Positions 28,423-38,125 of a DNA stretch of 64,000 nucleotides are shown here, piece by piece. Source of the DNA: Solirubrobacterales bacterium. GTDB lineage: Bacteria; Actinomycetota; Thermoleophilia; Solirubrobacterales; Solirubrobacteraceae. The DNA lies in assembly GCA_025964355.1 (NCBI GenBank), contig JAOPZB010000090.1:1419-65418 (forward strand). The letters are read 5' to 3'. A model generated the notes under the pieces. It saw nothing but the letters and a program-made list of their open reading frames with translations, searched no databases and had not been told where the DNA came from. How positions within the stretch are numbered: the stretch's first letter is position 1; each line of letters opens with the position of its first letter. The translations under genes were made by a program, and so were the position numbers.

Positions 28423-29498
28423 CCCGGCGCGTCCTCATCGCCAGGCAGGACAACCTCGGGGATGTGCTGCTCACCGGACCCGCGGTGCGCGCCGTCGCCG
28501 CCGCGGGCGCGCGCGTGACGATGCTCTGCGGACCACGCGGCTCCGCCGCGGCCGAGCTGTTGCCCGGCGTGTGCGAGGTGATGGTGTGGCGAGCCGACTG
28601 GATCGATCCCGACCCAGACCCCATCTGCCGCGCGCATCTCGATGACCTCCTCGACAGCATGGCCGCGGGCCGCTTCGACGAGGCACTGATCCTCACCTCC
28701 TTTCACCAGAGCCCGCTGCCGCTCGCCCTGCTCCTGCGCATCGCCGGCGTTCCGCGCATCGCGGCGATCAGCGAGGACTATCCGGGCTCCCTGCTCGATG
28801 TGCGCGCTCAGGTCGACGACGACCTGCACGAGGTCATGCGCGGCCTGTCACTGGCCGACGCCTGCGGCTACAGCCTGCCGGACGACGACGACGGCCGGCT
28901 CCGGATCGAACGCAAGAGCGGGCTGGATCCGCGGGCCGCAGCGATGACTCCCTATGTCGTGGTGCATCCGGGCGCGTCCGTGCCGGCCCGCGCCTGGGCT
29001 GCGCGCCGCCACGCCGAGCTCGTTCGGCTGCTGAGCGAGCGGGGACGCAACGTGCTCGTCACGGGCAGCGCCGAGGAGCGCGATCTCACGGCCGCGCTCT
29101 GCCGCGGGGCAGATCCCGCGCGCGTCTGTGATCTCGGTGGCGCGACGGACCTCGGCGAGCTGGCGGAGGTGATCGCGGCGGCGGAGGCGATCGTCGTCGC
29201 CAACACCGGTCCGGCGCATCTGGCCGCTGCAGTCGGCACATCCACAGTCTCGGTCTACGCGCCCACCGTCCCATCGGTGCGCTGGCATCCCTGGTGCGTA
29301 CCCTTCGAACTGCTCCATCGGGAGGTGCCGTGCGCCGGCTGCCGAGCGCGACAGTGTCCTGTTCAGGGTCATCCCTGCGTCGATGAGGTGACGGCGGAGA
29401 TGGCCGCCGGGGCGATCGCGCGACTCACGCACCGTCCTGCAGCGCCGCGACCGGTCCACGGCACGCAGCGGGACCCGGTGGAACCGGTGCCGGCATGA
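28419..29498 (+). CDS. GT9 (heptosyltransferase family) glycosyltransferase
   Basis: DNLGDVLL, VHPGAS..RAW, NTGPAHLAAA, C-terminal Cys cluster. Confidence 0.9.
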   Translation: MTRRVLIARQDNLGDVLLTGPAVRAVAAAGARVTMLCGPRGSAAAELLPGVCEVMVWRADWIDPDPDPICRAHLDDLLDSMAAGRFDEALILTSFHQSPLPLALLLRIAGVPRIAAISEDYPGSLLDVRAQVDDDLHEVMRGLSLADACGYSLPDDDDGRLRIERKSGLDPRAAAMTPYVVVHPGASVPARAWAARRHAELVRLLSERGRNVLVTGSAEERDLTAALCRGADPARVCDLGGATDLGELAEVIAAAEAIVVANTGPAHLAAAVGTSTVSVYAPTVPSVRWHPWCVPFELLHREVPCAGCRARQCPVQGHPCVDEVTAEMAAGAIARLTHRPAAPRPVHGTQRDPVEPVPA

Positions 29499-30427
29499 GG
29501 GTCCTGCTCTGGCACGTGCATGGCTCATGGACGACGGCCTTCGTCCAGGGCAGCCACGAATACTTCGTTCCGGTACTCCCCGAACGCGGCCCGGACGGAC
29601 GCGGTCGCGCGCGCACCTGGCGGTGGCCGCCGGCGGTGCGCGAGGTCACCCCCGCGGAGATGCACGACCTCGAGCTCGACGCGCTCGTGCTCCAGCGCCC
29701 TGACGAGCTCGCGCTCGCCGAGCGGTGGCTCGGGCGCCGACCCGGCCGCGAACTGCCCACGGTCTACGTCGAGCACAACGCTCCGCAGGGGCGCATCGGC
29801 GACATGCGCCACCCGGTTGCCGACATGCCATGGCTGACGCTCGCGCACGTGACGCACTTCAACTCGCTGTTCTGGGACGCAGGCTGCACGGCAAGCCGCG
29901 TGATCGAGCATGGCATCGTCGACCCGGGCTACCGCTATACGGGCGAGCTGCCCCGAGCGGCGGCGGTAATAAACGAAGCCCGCAGGCGCGCGCGCGTCAC
30001 CGGCACCGACCTGCTGGGGCGGCTGGGCTCACGGACGCCGATCGACCTGTTCGGGATGGACGCCGGCGCGCTCGGTGGAATCGAGGACGTGCCGCAGTCG
30101 AGGCTCCACGACGAGATGGCCCGCCGGCGCGTGTATCTGCATCCGATCCGCTGGACCTCACTCGGGCTTTCGCTGATCGAGGCCATGCATCTCGGCATGC
30201 CGGTGGTCGCGCTGGCCACGACGGAGGCTCCAGAGGCCGTTCCACCCGAGGCGGGCGTGACCTCCACGCGCGTGGAGGTGCTCGCCCAGGCGATCCGCGA
30301 GCTTGTCCACGATCGTGACCGCGCCGTCCGGGCGGGCAGGGCGGCGCGGGTCGCCGCCCTGCGCCGCTACGGCCTCGGGCGATTCCTCGGCGACTGGGAT
30401 GACCTCCTGCAGGAGGTCACAGCATGA
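29495..30427 (+). CDS. GT-B (GT4-like) glycosyltransferase
   Basis: WHVHGSW, SLGLSLIEAM, GMPVV. Confidence 0.85.
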   Translation: MRVLLWHVHGSWTTAFVQGSHEYFVPVLPERGPDGRGRARTWRWPPAVREVTPAEMHDLELDALVLQRPDELALAERWLGRRPGRELPTVYVEHNAPQGRIGDMRHPVADMPWLTLAHVTHFNSLFWDAGCTASRVIEHGIVDPGYRYTGELPRAAAVINEARRRARVTGTDLLGRLGSRTPIDLFGMDAGALGGIEDVPQSRLHDEMARRRVYLHPIRWTSLGLSLIEAMHLGMPVVALATTEAPEAVPPEAGVTSTRVEVLAQAIRELVHDRDRAVRAGRAARVAALRRYGLGRFLGDWDDLLQEVTA

Positions 30428-32268
30428 GGGACCTTCAAAAGCTCGCGATCGCCATGGTCTCCGAGCACGCCAGCCCGCTCGCCGCTCTCGGGGGCGTCGA
30501 CGCCGGCGGCCAGAACGTCCACGTCGCCGAGCTCTCGCGCGCAGTCGCGAGGATGGGCGCCCGGGTCGTGGTGCACACGCGCCGTGACGAGCCGCAGCTG
30601 GCGGAGTGGGTCCCGCTCGCACGAGACGCTGACGTCCATCACGTCGACGCCGGCCCGGCGCGGCCGATGTCCAAGGACGAGCTGCTGCCGTACATGGATG
30701 CCTTCGCCGAACGCCTGCACGAGCGCTGGCGCGAGGAACGGCCCGACGTCGTGCACGCGCACTTCTGGATGTCGGGCATGGCCGCCATGAAAGCCGCGCG
30801 CCCACTGGGGATACCGGTCGTGCAGACCTTTCACGCGCTCGGCACGGTCAAGCGCCGCTACCAGGGCGAGCGAGACACCAGCCCGGCCTCCAGGCTGGAC
30901 GTCGAGCGGGACATCCTCAGGCACGCCGACCACGTCATCGCAACATGCACCGACGAGGTGTTCGAGCTCATCCGCCTCGGCGCCTATCGCGGCCGGCTGA
31001 CGGTGATCCCGTGCGGCGTGGATCTGCAGCTGTTCACGCCAGAGGGACCACGCGCCCAGCGCACTCCGGGCGGCATGCGCGTGGTGACGGTGGGGCGCCT
31101 CGTCGAACGCAAGGGCATCGGCAACGTCATAACGGCGCTGACTCGGCTGGCGGACGTCGAGCTGATCATCGCCGGCGGCCCCGATCGCAGTTGCCTTGCT
31201 CAGGATGTCGACGCGAGACGCCTGCAGGCGCTGGTGCAAGAGGAAGGCGTCGCCGATCGCGTCACGTTGTGCGGGCGTCTGGAGCGAGATGGCGTGGCGC
31301 GCATGATCCGGTCGGCGGATGCGGTCGTCGCCGTGCCGTGGTATGAGCCGTTCGGCATCGTGCCGCTGGAGGCGATGGCGTGCGGCGTGCCGGTCGTGGC
31401 CTCTGCGGTGGGCGGCATGGTGGACACCGTCCTCGACGACGTCACCGGCGTGCACGTCCCGCCGCGCGATCCCGAGCGACTGGCCGAGGTGCTGGCAGCT
31501 CTGCTGGCCGACGACGCGCGCCGAGCTGGCTACGGCCGCGCCGGCGTAGATCGCGCCAGGCGGCTATATGACTGGGGCAGGATCGGCGCCGCCACGATCG
31601 AGGTCTACGCGAGCCTGGCCTCCCGCCGGCGAGGACGGGCGGCGCGGCAGGCCTGCGGACTGGACTGCGCCCGCGGCGGCATGCGGCATCTCGGCTTGCT
31701 CAGGGGGGCGCTCGATCGACTCGAGCCGGAGGTCGAGCTGGTGGAGGAGTGGGGGGAGCAGCTGGCGGGCGTCATGCTCGCGGGTGGGCGCCTGCTCGCG
31801 GTCGGTAACGGCGGCAGCGCCGCGCAGGCGCAGCATCTGACGGCCGAGCTCGTCGGCCGCTTCCAGACCGAGCGCTGCCCGCTCAGCGCGCTCTGCCTGC
31901 ACGCCGACAGCTCCTCGTTCACCGCCATCTGCAACGACTATGGTCCCGACGAGGCGTTCGCCCGGCAGGTCAGGGCACACGGGCGGGACGGGGACGTCCT
32001 GCTGGCGATCTCGACTTCAGGGGAGAGCTCGAACGTGCTTGCGGCCGTTCGGGCGGCGCAGGAGATCGGCGTGCGGACCTGGGCGATGTGCGGTCCGGCC
32101 CCGAGCTCGCTCGCGGCCCTCTGCGACCAGGCGCTGAGCGCCGACGCCGACTCAACGGCGACCGTTCAGGAGATACACATGGTCGCGACCCACCTCCTCT
32201 GCGCCGCCGTCGACCGCGAGGTGGCCCTGCGGCGTCACTCGCTGACACACGAGGCCGCGCTCGCATGA
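30424..32268 (+). CDS. GT4 (MshA-like) glycosyltransferase fused to sedoheptulose-7-phosphate isomerase (GmhA, SIS)
   Basis: EHASP..DAGGQNVHV, HAHFWMSG, EPFGIVPLEA, then GNGGSAAQAQH, NDYG, STSGES, QEIH. Confidence 0.92.
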   Translation: MRDLQKLAIAMVSEHASPLAALGGVDAGGQNVHVAELSRAVARMGARVVVHTRRDEPQLAEWVPLARDADVHHVDAGPARPMSKDELLPYMDAFAERLHERWREERPDVVHAHFWMSGMAAMKAARPLGIPVVQTFHALGTVKRRYQGERDTSPASRLDVERDILRHADHVIATCTDEVFELIRLGAYRGRLTVIPCGVDLQLFTPEGPRAQRTPGGMRVVTVGRLVERKGIGNVITALTRLADVELIIAGGPDRSCLAQDVDARRLQALVQEEGVADRVTLCGRLERDGVARMIRSADAVVAVPWYEPFGIVPLEAMACGVPVVASAVGGMVDTVLDDVTGVHVPPRDPERLAEVLAALLADDARRAGYGRAGVDRARRLYDWGRIGAATIEVYASLASRRRGRAARQACGLDCARGGMRHLGLLRGALDRLEPEVELVEEWGEQLAGVMLAGGRLLAVGNGGSAAQAQHLTAELVGRFQTERCPLSALCLHADSSSFTAICNDYGPDEAFARQVRAHGRDGDVLLAISTSGESSNVLAAVRAAQEIGVRTWAMCGPAPSSLAALCDQALSADADSTATVQEIHMVATHLLCAAVDREVALRRHSLTHEAALA

Positions 32269-32299
32269 GCGGGCGTAACGCCATGCGCCGGGAGCGCCG

Positions 32300-33709
32300 G
32301 TGAAGCCCCTGCTCGTGATCGGCGACGCGCTCCTGGACCGCGACCTGGAGGGCCGCTCCGACAGGGACTGCCCGGACGCGCCCGCGCCGGTCGTCGACGA
32401 GCAGGCGCGTCTCAGCCGGCCCGGCGGCGCGGCCCTGGCTGCCGCCCTGGCGGCGGCAGACGGGCGGGCGGTCACCCTCATCACCGCTCTCGGGGACGAC
32501 GAGCCCGGCTGCGAGCTCGCCGGCCTGCTGGAGAGCGGCGGCGTCGAGGTGCTCGACCTCGGGCTGGCGGGCGCCACGCCGGAGAAGATCCGCGTGCGCG
32601 ACCGTGGGCGCACGCTCGTGCGGATAGACCGCGCGGAACCAGGGGCCCCGCATGGACCGCTCACGGCGGCCGCGCGCGCCGCAATCGGCTGGGCTGAGAC
32701 CATCCTCATCTCCGATTACGGCCGCGGATTGAGCGAGCAGCCAGCATTACGCGACGCGCTCGCCGTCGCGGCGCGCGGCAAGGACGTCATCTGGGACCCG
32801 CATCCGCGCGGGCCGGCTCCGGTTGCCGGGGTCGCGCTGGCCACGCCCAACAGCGCGGAGGCGCAGGAGTTCGCCGCGGGTGCGCCCCAGCGATCCTTCG
32901 GCGCCAAGGCGGCCGATACCTGGGGAAGGCAGCTCGCGACACGCTGGCGGGCTCGTCACGTCTGCGTCACCTGCGGCCCCGACGGTGCCGTCCTGTGCGG
33001 CGGCGATCGCTCTGTGTCGGTCCCAGCTCGGTCAGTGTGCGATGGAGATTCCTGCGGCGCGGGAGATCGGTTCGCCGCGGCTGCCGCGGGCGGCCTGGCG
33101 GACGGCTCCAGCGTGATCGACGCGGTGCGCCGCGGGGTACAGAGCGCGAGCGACTTCGTGGCGCGTGGCGGAGCGAGCGGATGGGCTGCACGCATCAACA
33201 GCGCCCGCCCGGGTCAGAGCTGGACCCAGCCCGGGGCGCCCAGGCCCGCGCCAAGCGCGGGCACGCTCGCGGCGGCGGCTCACGCGCAGCGCGGCACGGT
33301 CGTCGCCACGGGAGGATGCTTCGACCTCCTGCACGCCGGTCACATCAGCATGCTGCAGGCCGCGCGTGCCCTCGGCGACCGCCTGATCGTGTGCCTGAAC
33401 TCCGACGCATCGGTCTCGCGGTTGAAGGGCCCCGGCCGCCCGCTCGTGAGCGAGGGCGACCGTGCACGCGTGCTCGGGGCGCTCGCGTGCGTCGATGCGG
33501 TGGCGGTCTTCGACGAGGACACCCCGCGACGGGTGCTGGCCGAGCTGCGACCAGACGTGTGGGTCAAGGGTGGCGACTACGAGGACCGCAACATGCCCGA
33601 GCGCGAGGTCGTGGAGAGTTGGGGGGGTCGCGTCGTGACGCTCCCGTACGTGGAGGGGCATTCGACGAGTCGACTCTTGAAGGAGGTGGTCGGGCGTGGG
33701 GCACGCTGA
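32300..33709 (+). CDS. hldE: Bifunctional heptose kinase / heptose-1-phosphate nucleotidyltransferase
   Basis: PfkB domain GDALLD, SDYGRG, TPN, DSCGAGD. C-terminal GCFDLLHAGH, NSDASV, KGGDY, GHSTS. Confidence 0.88.
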   Translation: MKPLLVIGDALLDRDLEGRSDRDCPDAPAPVVDEQARLSRPGGAALAAALAAADGRAVTLITALGDDEPGCELAGLLESGGVEVLDLGLAGATPEKIRVRDRGRTLVRIDRAEPGAPHGPLTAAARAAIGWAETILISDYGRGLSEQPALRDALAVAARGKDVIWDPHPRGPAPVAGVALATPNSAEAQEFAAGAPQRSFGAKAADTWGRQLATRWRARHVCVTCGPDGAVLCGGDRSVSVPARSVCDGDSCGAGDRFAAAAAGGLADGSSVIDAVRRGVQSASDFVARGGASGWAARINSARPGQSWTQPGAPRPAPSAGTLAAAAHAQRGTVVATGGCFDLLHAGHISMLQAARALGDRLIVCLNSDASVSRLKGPGRPLVSEGDRARVLGALACVDAVAVFDEDTPRRVLAELRPDVWVKGGDYEDRNMPEREVVESWGGRVVTLPYVEGHSTSRLLKEVVGRGAR

Positions 33710-34388
33710 TCTCGGGACGGTGATCGTGACGGGTGGCGCGTCGGGTCTCGGAGCGGCGGTGTGCGAGGCCATCGGCGAGGCGGGGGGGACCCCGGTTGCA
33801 CTAGACCGCAACCGCCCGGCGGGTGGGCGCGCCTGGCGGGAGGTCGACCTGGCCGACACGCGCCGGGCGGAAGCCGTCGTCGAGCAGGTCGCCCAGGAGC
33901 ACGGCGGCCTGGATGCTGTTGTCACGGCGGCGGGGATGGATGCCTGCGGTGTGCTCGACGACGTGCCAGCCGACGAGTGGGAGCGCGTCGTGATGGTGAA
34001 CCTGCTTGGAACGGTCGCTGTCGTGCGCGCCGCGCTCGGTCACCTGGAGCGGGCGAGGGGACGCGTCGTGACCGTCGGGTCCACGCTTGGGCTGCGCGTT
34101 CTGAGCGACGCGAGCGCCTACTGCGCGAGCAAGTTCGGGGTCGTCGGCTTCACGCGCTCGCTCGCCCTCGAGACCGCCGGCAGGGTTGGCGTCACCCTGC
34201 TGATTCCGGGCGGCATGCAGACGGCCTTCTTCGACGGGCGTGACGAGAAGTACAAACCTGCCGCCGACGCGGTGCTCGCCCCGCCGCGGGACGTCGCCAC
34301 GGCCGTCGTCTTCGCGCTGCGACGCCCGCCGGGTATCGAACTTCGCGAGCTCGTGGTGTGCCCGGCGCAGGAGACCTCCTGGCCATGA
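33696..34388 (+). CDS. SDR family oxidoreductase
   Basis: TGGASGLG, YCASK. Confidence 0.9.
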   Translation: MGHADLGTVIVTGGASGLGAAVCEAIGEAGGTPVALDRNRPAGGRAWREVDLADTRRAEAVVEQVAQEHGGLDAVVTAAGMDACGVLDDVPADEWERVVMVNLLGTVAVVRAALGHLERARGRVVTVGSTLGLRVLSDASAYCASKFGVVGFTRSLALETAGRVGVTLLIPGGMQTAFFDGRDEKYKPAADAVLAPPRDVATAVVFALRRPPGIELRELVVCPAQETSWP

Positions 34389-34404
34389 GCGCTCGTTTGG
34401 CGCC

Positions 34405-35490
34405 GTGGCGCTGAGGCGCCCCGTGCTGCTGGTGCTGCGCGCGCTCGGGCTCGGCGACCTGCTCACCGCGGTGCCCGCGCTGCGGGGTCTGGCCGCCGCC
34501 TTTCCGGCCCATCGGCGCCTGCTCGCCGCGCCGCGGCAGCTCGCGCCACTGCTGCAGCTGATTCGGGGCATTGACGGGGAAGAGGTCGTCGAGCGAATCG
34601 TCGACGTGCGCGGGCTCGCCGCGCTGCCAGCAGACCTCGGCCGGGTGGCGATCGCTGCCAATCTCCATGGGCGAGGGCCGCAGAGCCATCGTCGGCTGCT
34701 CGAGCTCGCGCCCGAGCGCCTGCTCGCTTTCGCGCATCCGGATGTCCCGCGGTCCCTCGCGGGGGCTCGATGGATGACCGGCGAGCACGAGGTGCAGCGA
34801 TGGTGTCGCATGCTCGCCGATGCCGGCGTGCCGTGCGATCCCCGCGCGCTGGACATCGAGCGCCCGGAGCCTGGCGAGCGCGAGTGGCCTGTGGCAGCGC
34901 ACGGCGCCACCGTGCTGCATCCGGGAGCGGCCAGCGGCGCCCGCCGCTGGCCCGCGGAGCGCTGGGCAGAGCTCGCGCGGGCCGAGGCCCGTTCCGGGCG
35001 CACGGTGCTCCTCAGCGGCGGCCCGGCGGAGGTCCCCCTCGCCCGGAGCATCGCACGCAGCGCCGGACTGTCGAGCGGCGTAGTGCTGGCAGGGCGAACC
35101 GGCGTGGGTGATCTCGCCCTCGTCGTGGCGGCGGCCGGGCGGGTGGTGTGCGGCGACACCGGCGTTGGGCACCTCGCAACGGCTCTGCGCACGCCGTCGG
35201 TGCTGCTGTTCGGACCGGTCGCGCCGCAGGAGTGGGGTCCCCCGCCAGAGCGCTCGCGCCACCGCGTCCTGTGGACGGGCAGGCGCGGCGACCCGCACGC
35301 CGGCTCCGCCGACCGTGGCCTACTCGAGATCACGGTGGCGGACGTTCTCGTCGCGCTCGAGCAGCTCGACGGCCATGCTGCTCGCGCCGCCCGCGTGGAG
35401 GGGCCGCCGCGCGGGAAGGCGCCCGACCGCGTAGTGGAGGGGCGGGTCATCGTTCGAGAAGACGCAGATCGCGTTCCAGGCTCCGGCTGA
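34405..35490 (+). CDS. Second GT9 glycosyltransferase
   Basis: LRALGLGDLL, LHPGA..RRWP, DTGVGHLA. Start GTG 34405 is uncertain. Confidence 0.88.
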   Translation: MALRRPVLLVLRALGLGDLLTAVPALRGLAAAFPAHRRLLAAPRQLAPLLQLIRGIDGEEVVERIVDVRGLAALPADLGRVAIAANLHGRGPQSHRRLLELAPERLLAFAHPDVPRSLAGARWMTGEHEVQRWCRMLADAGVPCDPRALDIERPEPGEREWPVAAHGATVLHPGAASGARRWPAERWAELARAEARSGRTVLLSGGPAEVPLARSIARSAGLSSGVVLAGRTGVGDLALVVAAAGRVVCGDTGVGHLATALRTPSVLLFGPVAPQEWGPPPERSRHRVLWTGRRGDPHAGSADRGLLEITVADVLVALEQLDGHAARAARVEGPPRGKAPDRVVEGRVIVREDADRVPGSG

Positions 35491-36364
35491 CGGGACGCCG
35501 TTCGGCGAGGATCCGGGGGGCGTCGCGGAGTGCCGCGACCAGCGCGGCGCGGGCGTGCACGTCCCCCACCGCGGTTGCTGCGAGCGAGGCGGTCTGTGCG
35601 AGAGCGCGAACGAACGATCGGCGTAGCCATGAAAACCAGAGGTCGTTTCGCATCACCTGGTAGCGGCGGGCGCCGGCGTCACTGCGCCGCCGGGCAGGGT
35701 GGTGGTGCGCCGTGACATCGGGCACGTATGCGAGCTGGTGGCCTGCGTCGGCCAGATCGACGGCGAGGAGCTGCTCCTCGCCGCCGACTCCGTCGCACGG
35801 CCGAAAGCCGCCGACGGCTTCGAAGGCCGACCGCCGGACGATCGCGCCGCACGCGAGGAAGCCGAGGACAGCGCGTCCGGGTACGCCCGGCACCGAGCCG
35901 AGGGGGCTCTCGGCCATCACCGCACAGGTGGGATCGAGCGTTTGCGCCGACCCCACGAGGATGCGCGCTGCCACCAAGGCCAGCCGGGGGTTGGCGTCGA
36001 GGAGGTCGGCGCCTCGCCGCAGCGCTCCGTCGCTCCACCACGAGTCATCGTCGCTGAAGGCGACATACGGAGACTTCGTGGCCTGCACGCCCACGTTGCG
36101 CGCGGCCGCGCCCAGGTTGCGCTCCAGGGCGATCAACGTGGTCGCCGAAAAGCGCTCGCGCACAACGGCGAGCGTCTCGTCGCGCGAGGCGTTGTCGACG
36201 ACGATCACCTCGGGGCGCTCCTGCAGGGCGTTGAGTCGCTCGAGGCTGCAGGCGAGCTCGGCGGCACGATCTTGCGTGATCGTCACCGTGGCGATCCGGA
36301 CGTCCCGCCGCCCTGAATCGCCCGCTCCCACGCCGCCCACCATCGGCTCAGCTCGCGATTTCAC
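35447..36364 (-). CDS. GT2 glycosyltransferase
   Basis: VVDNAS, AARNVG, FSDDD, GGF, GEE; converges on and overlaps the GT9 3' end. Confidence 0.88.
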   Translation of the reverse strand: MKSRAEPMVGGVGAGDSGRRDVRIATVTITQDRAAELACSLERLNALQERPEVIVVDNASRDETLAVVRERFSATTLIALERNLGAAARNVGVQATKSPYVAFSDDDSWWSDGALRRGADLLDANPRLALVAARILVGSAQTLDPTCAVMAESPLGSVPGVPGRAVLGFLACGAIVRRSAFEAVGGFRPCDGVGGEEQLLAVDLADAGHQLAYVPDVTAHHHPARRRSDAGARRYQVMRNDLWFSWLRRSFVRALAQTASLAATAVGDVHARAALVAALRDAPRILAERRPVSRSLERDLRLLER

Positions 36365-36404
36365 CAGCGGAGCCCGTGCTGCCTTCGACGGTCACTTAGG
36401 ACCG

Positions 36405-36475
36405 CTACCCAGCCGACGCCGTCGCCAAGCACGGCGCCGGGGCCGGCGTCGGTTGAAGGCCGTACGCGCGGGTAG
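36405..36475. promoter_or_regulatory. Back-to-back SigB/SigF-type promoters (GT2 and F420 LLM)
   Basis: Minus strand GCTT-N16-GGGTAG (36405-36430); plus strand GTTG-N14-GGGTAG (36452-36475). Confidence 0.5.
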
Positions 36476-36488
36476 GGGTGGAACTCCG

Positions 36489-37505
36489 ATGCGGATCGGC
36501 TACTACCTATCCAGCGAGGAGTGCGGCCCCGGCGAGCTGGTACGCCAGGCGCGGCTCGCCGAGGCGGCGGGCTTTGAGGGGCTGTGGATCTCCGACCACT
36601 TCCACCCGTGGAACGACGAGCAGGGCCATAGCCCGTTTGTCTGGTCGGTCATCGGCGCCATCGCCGAGGCCACCGAGCAGATGAGGCTCACGACGGCCGT
36701 CACCTGCCCGATCATGCGCATTCACCCGGCGATCGTCGCCCATGCCGCGGCGACCTCAGCCGTCATGCTCGACGGTCGCTTCGCGCTTGGGATCGGCACT
36801 GGAGAGGCGCTGAACGAGCACATACTCGGTCACCGCTGGCCGCCGGCGGACGTGCGCCTGGAGATGCTCGCCGAGGCGGTGCAGGTCATCCGCACGCTCT
36901 GGCAGGGAGGCATGCAGAGCCATCGAGCGCGCTACTACCGGGTGGAGAAAGCCCGGGTCTACGACCTTCCCGATCACCCGCCGCCGATCATCATCTCGGG
37001 CTTCGGCCCGCGATCGACGGCACTCGCGGCGCGGATAGGGGATGGCTTCTGCACGACCTCGCCGGCAAAGGACGCCGTCGAACTGTTTCGCCGCGAGGGC
37101 GGCGACGGCAAGGTCGTTGCCGGCGGAATGAAGGTGTGCTGGGACGAGCGTGAGGACAGGGCTCGCGCGACCGCTCACCGTCTGTGGCCGACCGAGCAGC
37201 TGCCGGGCGAGCTTGCACAGATGCTTCCAACGCCGTCGCACTTCGAACAGGCGTCGCAGCTCGTGAGCGAGGAGATGGTCGCCGAGGTGGTTCCCTGCGG
37301 CCCGGACCTCGAGCGCCACGTGCAGGCGATCGAGCGCTACGCCGACGCCGGCTTCGACGAGGTCTATGTGCAGCAGATCGGCGGCGCCGAAGAGCGCTTC
37401 TTTGAGACCTATGCCAGCGAGGTGCTTCCGCGCTTCACCGGCAAGGACGTCCGGCGACCCGCCGGGGACGCACGGGAGGGGAGGGCTGCCGGGGCGCCGG
37501 GCTAG
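36489..37505 (+). CDS. F420-dependent LLM class oxidoreductase (G6PDH-like)
   Basis: MRIGYYLSSEE, ISDHFHPW, TAVTCP, GTGEALNEH. Confidence 0.9.
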   Translation: MRIGYYLSSEECGPGELVRQARLAEAAGFEGLWISDHFHPWNDEQGHSPFVWSVIGAIAEATEQMRLTTAVTCPIMRIHPAIVAHAAATSAVMLDGRFALGIGTGEALNEHILGHRWPPADVRLEMLAEAVQVIRTLWQGGMQSHRARYYRVEKARVYDLPDHPPPIIISGFGPRSTALAARIGDGFCTTSPAKDAVELFRREGGDGKVVAGGMKVCWDEREDRARATAHRLWPTEQLPGELAQMLPTPSHFEQASQLVSEEMVAEVVPCGPDLERHVQAIERYADAGFDEVYVQQIGGAEERFFETYASEVLPRFTGKDVRRPAGDAREGRAAGAPG

Positions 37506-37658
37506 GATCTCGCTCTGGATGGTGGCCGTCGCTGCGGGTGGCGAGGTACCGGCGATGATCTACTATCCCGGTTGGCCAGCGTCTGCATGAGCGGGGGCGG
37601 GCAGTCGAGGACGACGGAATGCACCCGGCACTGTCAGCGGCCGGGCCAGTCCGGCTGA

Positions 37659-38072
37659 TTGCGGCCCTTGCGCCGCTCACCTGCAGGAGCGACCACGCCC
37701 GCGAATCCCAAAGCCATCGGTGAACTGACTGTCGCTTCCGAGCGGCATGGCGACCGCCAGCTGTTGACGCTCTCCGGCGAACTGGACCTCACGTCCGCCG
37801 GGCAGCTCACGCGAGCGGTCGCGGGCGCCTGCAAGGGCGACGCGGATGAGCTGGTAGTGGATGTTGGCGGCCTGACGTTCATCGACTCGACGGGCCTGCG
37901 GGCGCTCCTCAACGGCAAGGAGTTGTGCGAGGCGAGTGACCGCGCCTTCTCGCTCGCGCCGGACGAGCAGAAGGTGCTCCCCCAGGTCCGCCGCCTGCTC
38001 GAGGTGACGGGGCTGCTGAGCAGGCTGCCGTTTCGCGCGGACGGCACGAGCGGCGGCGACCGCGGCGTTTAA
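37659..38072 (+). CDS. STAS anti-anti-sigma factor
   Basis: GELDL and FIDSTGL phospho-Ser motif. Start uncertain. Confidence 0.8.
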   Translation: MRPLRRSPAGATTPANPKAIGELTVASERHGDRQLLTLSGELDLTSAGQLTRAVAGACKGDADELVVDVGGLTFIDSTGLRALLNGKELCEASDRAFSLAPDEQKVLPQVRRLLEVTGLLSRLPFRADGTSGGDRGV

Positions 38073-38125
38073 TACCGGATCCTCAGCGCGCTCACTCCTT
38101 GGCGGTGGCGGCCACCCGTGACTCC

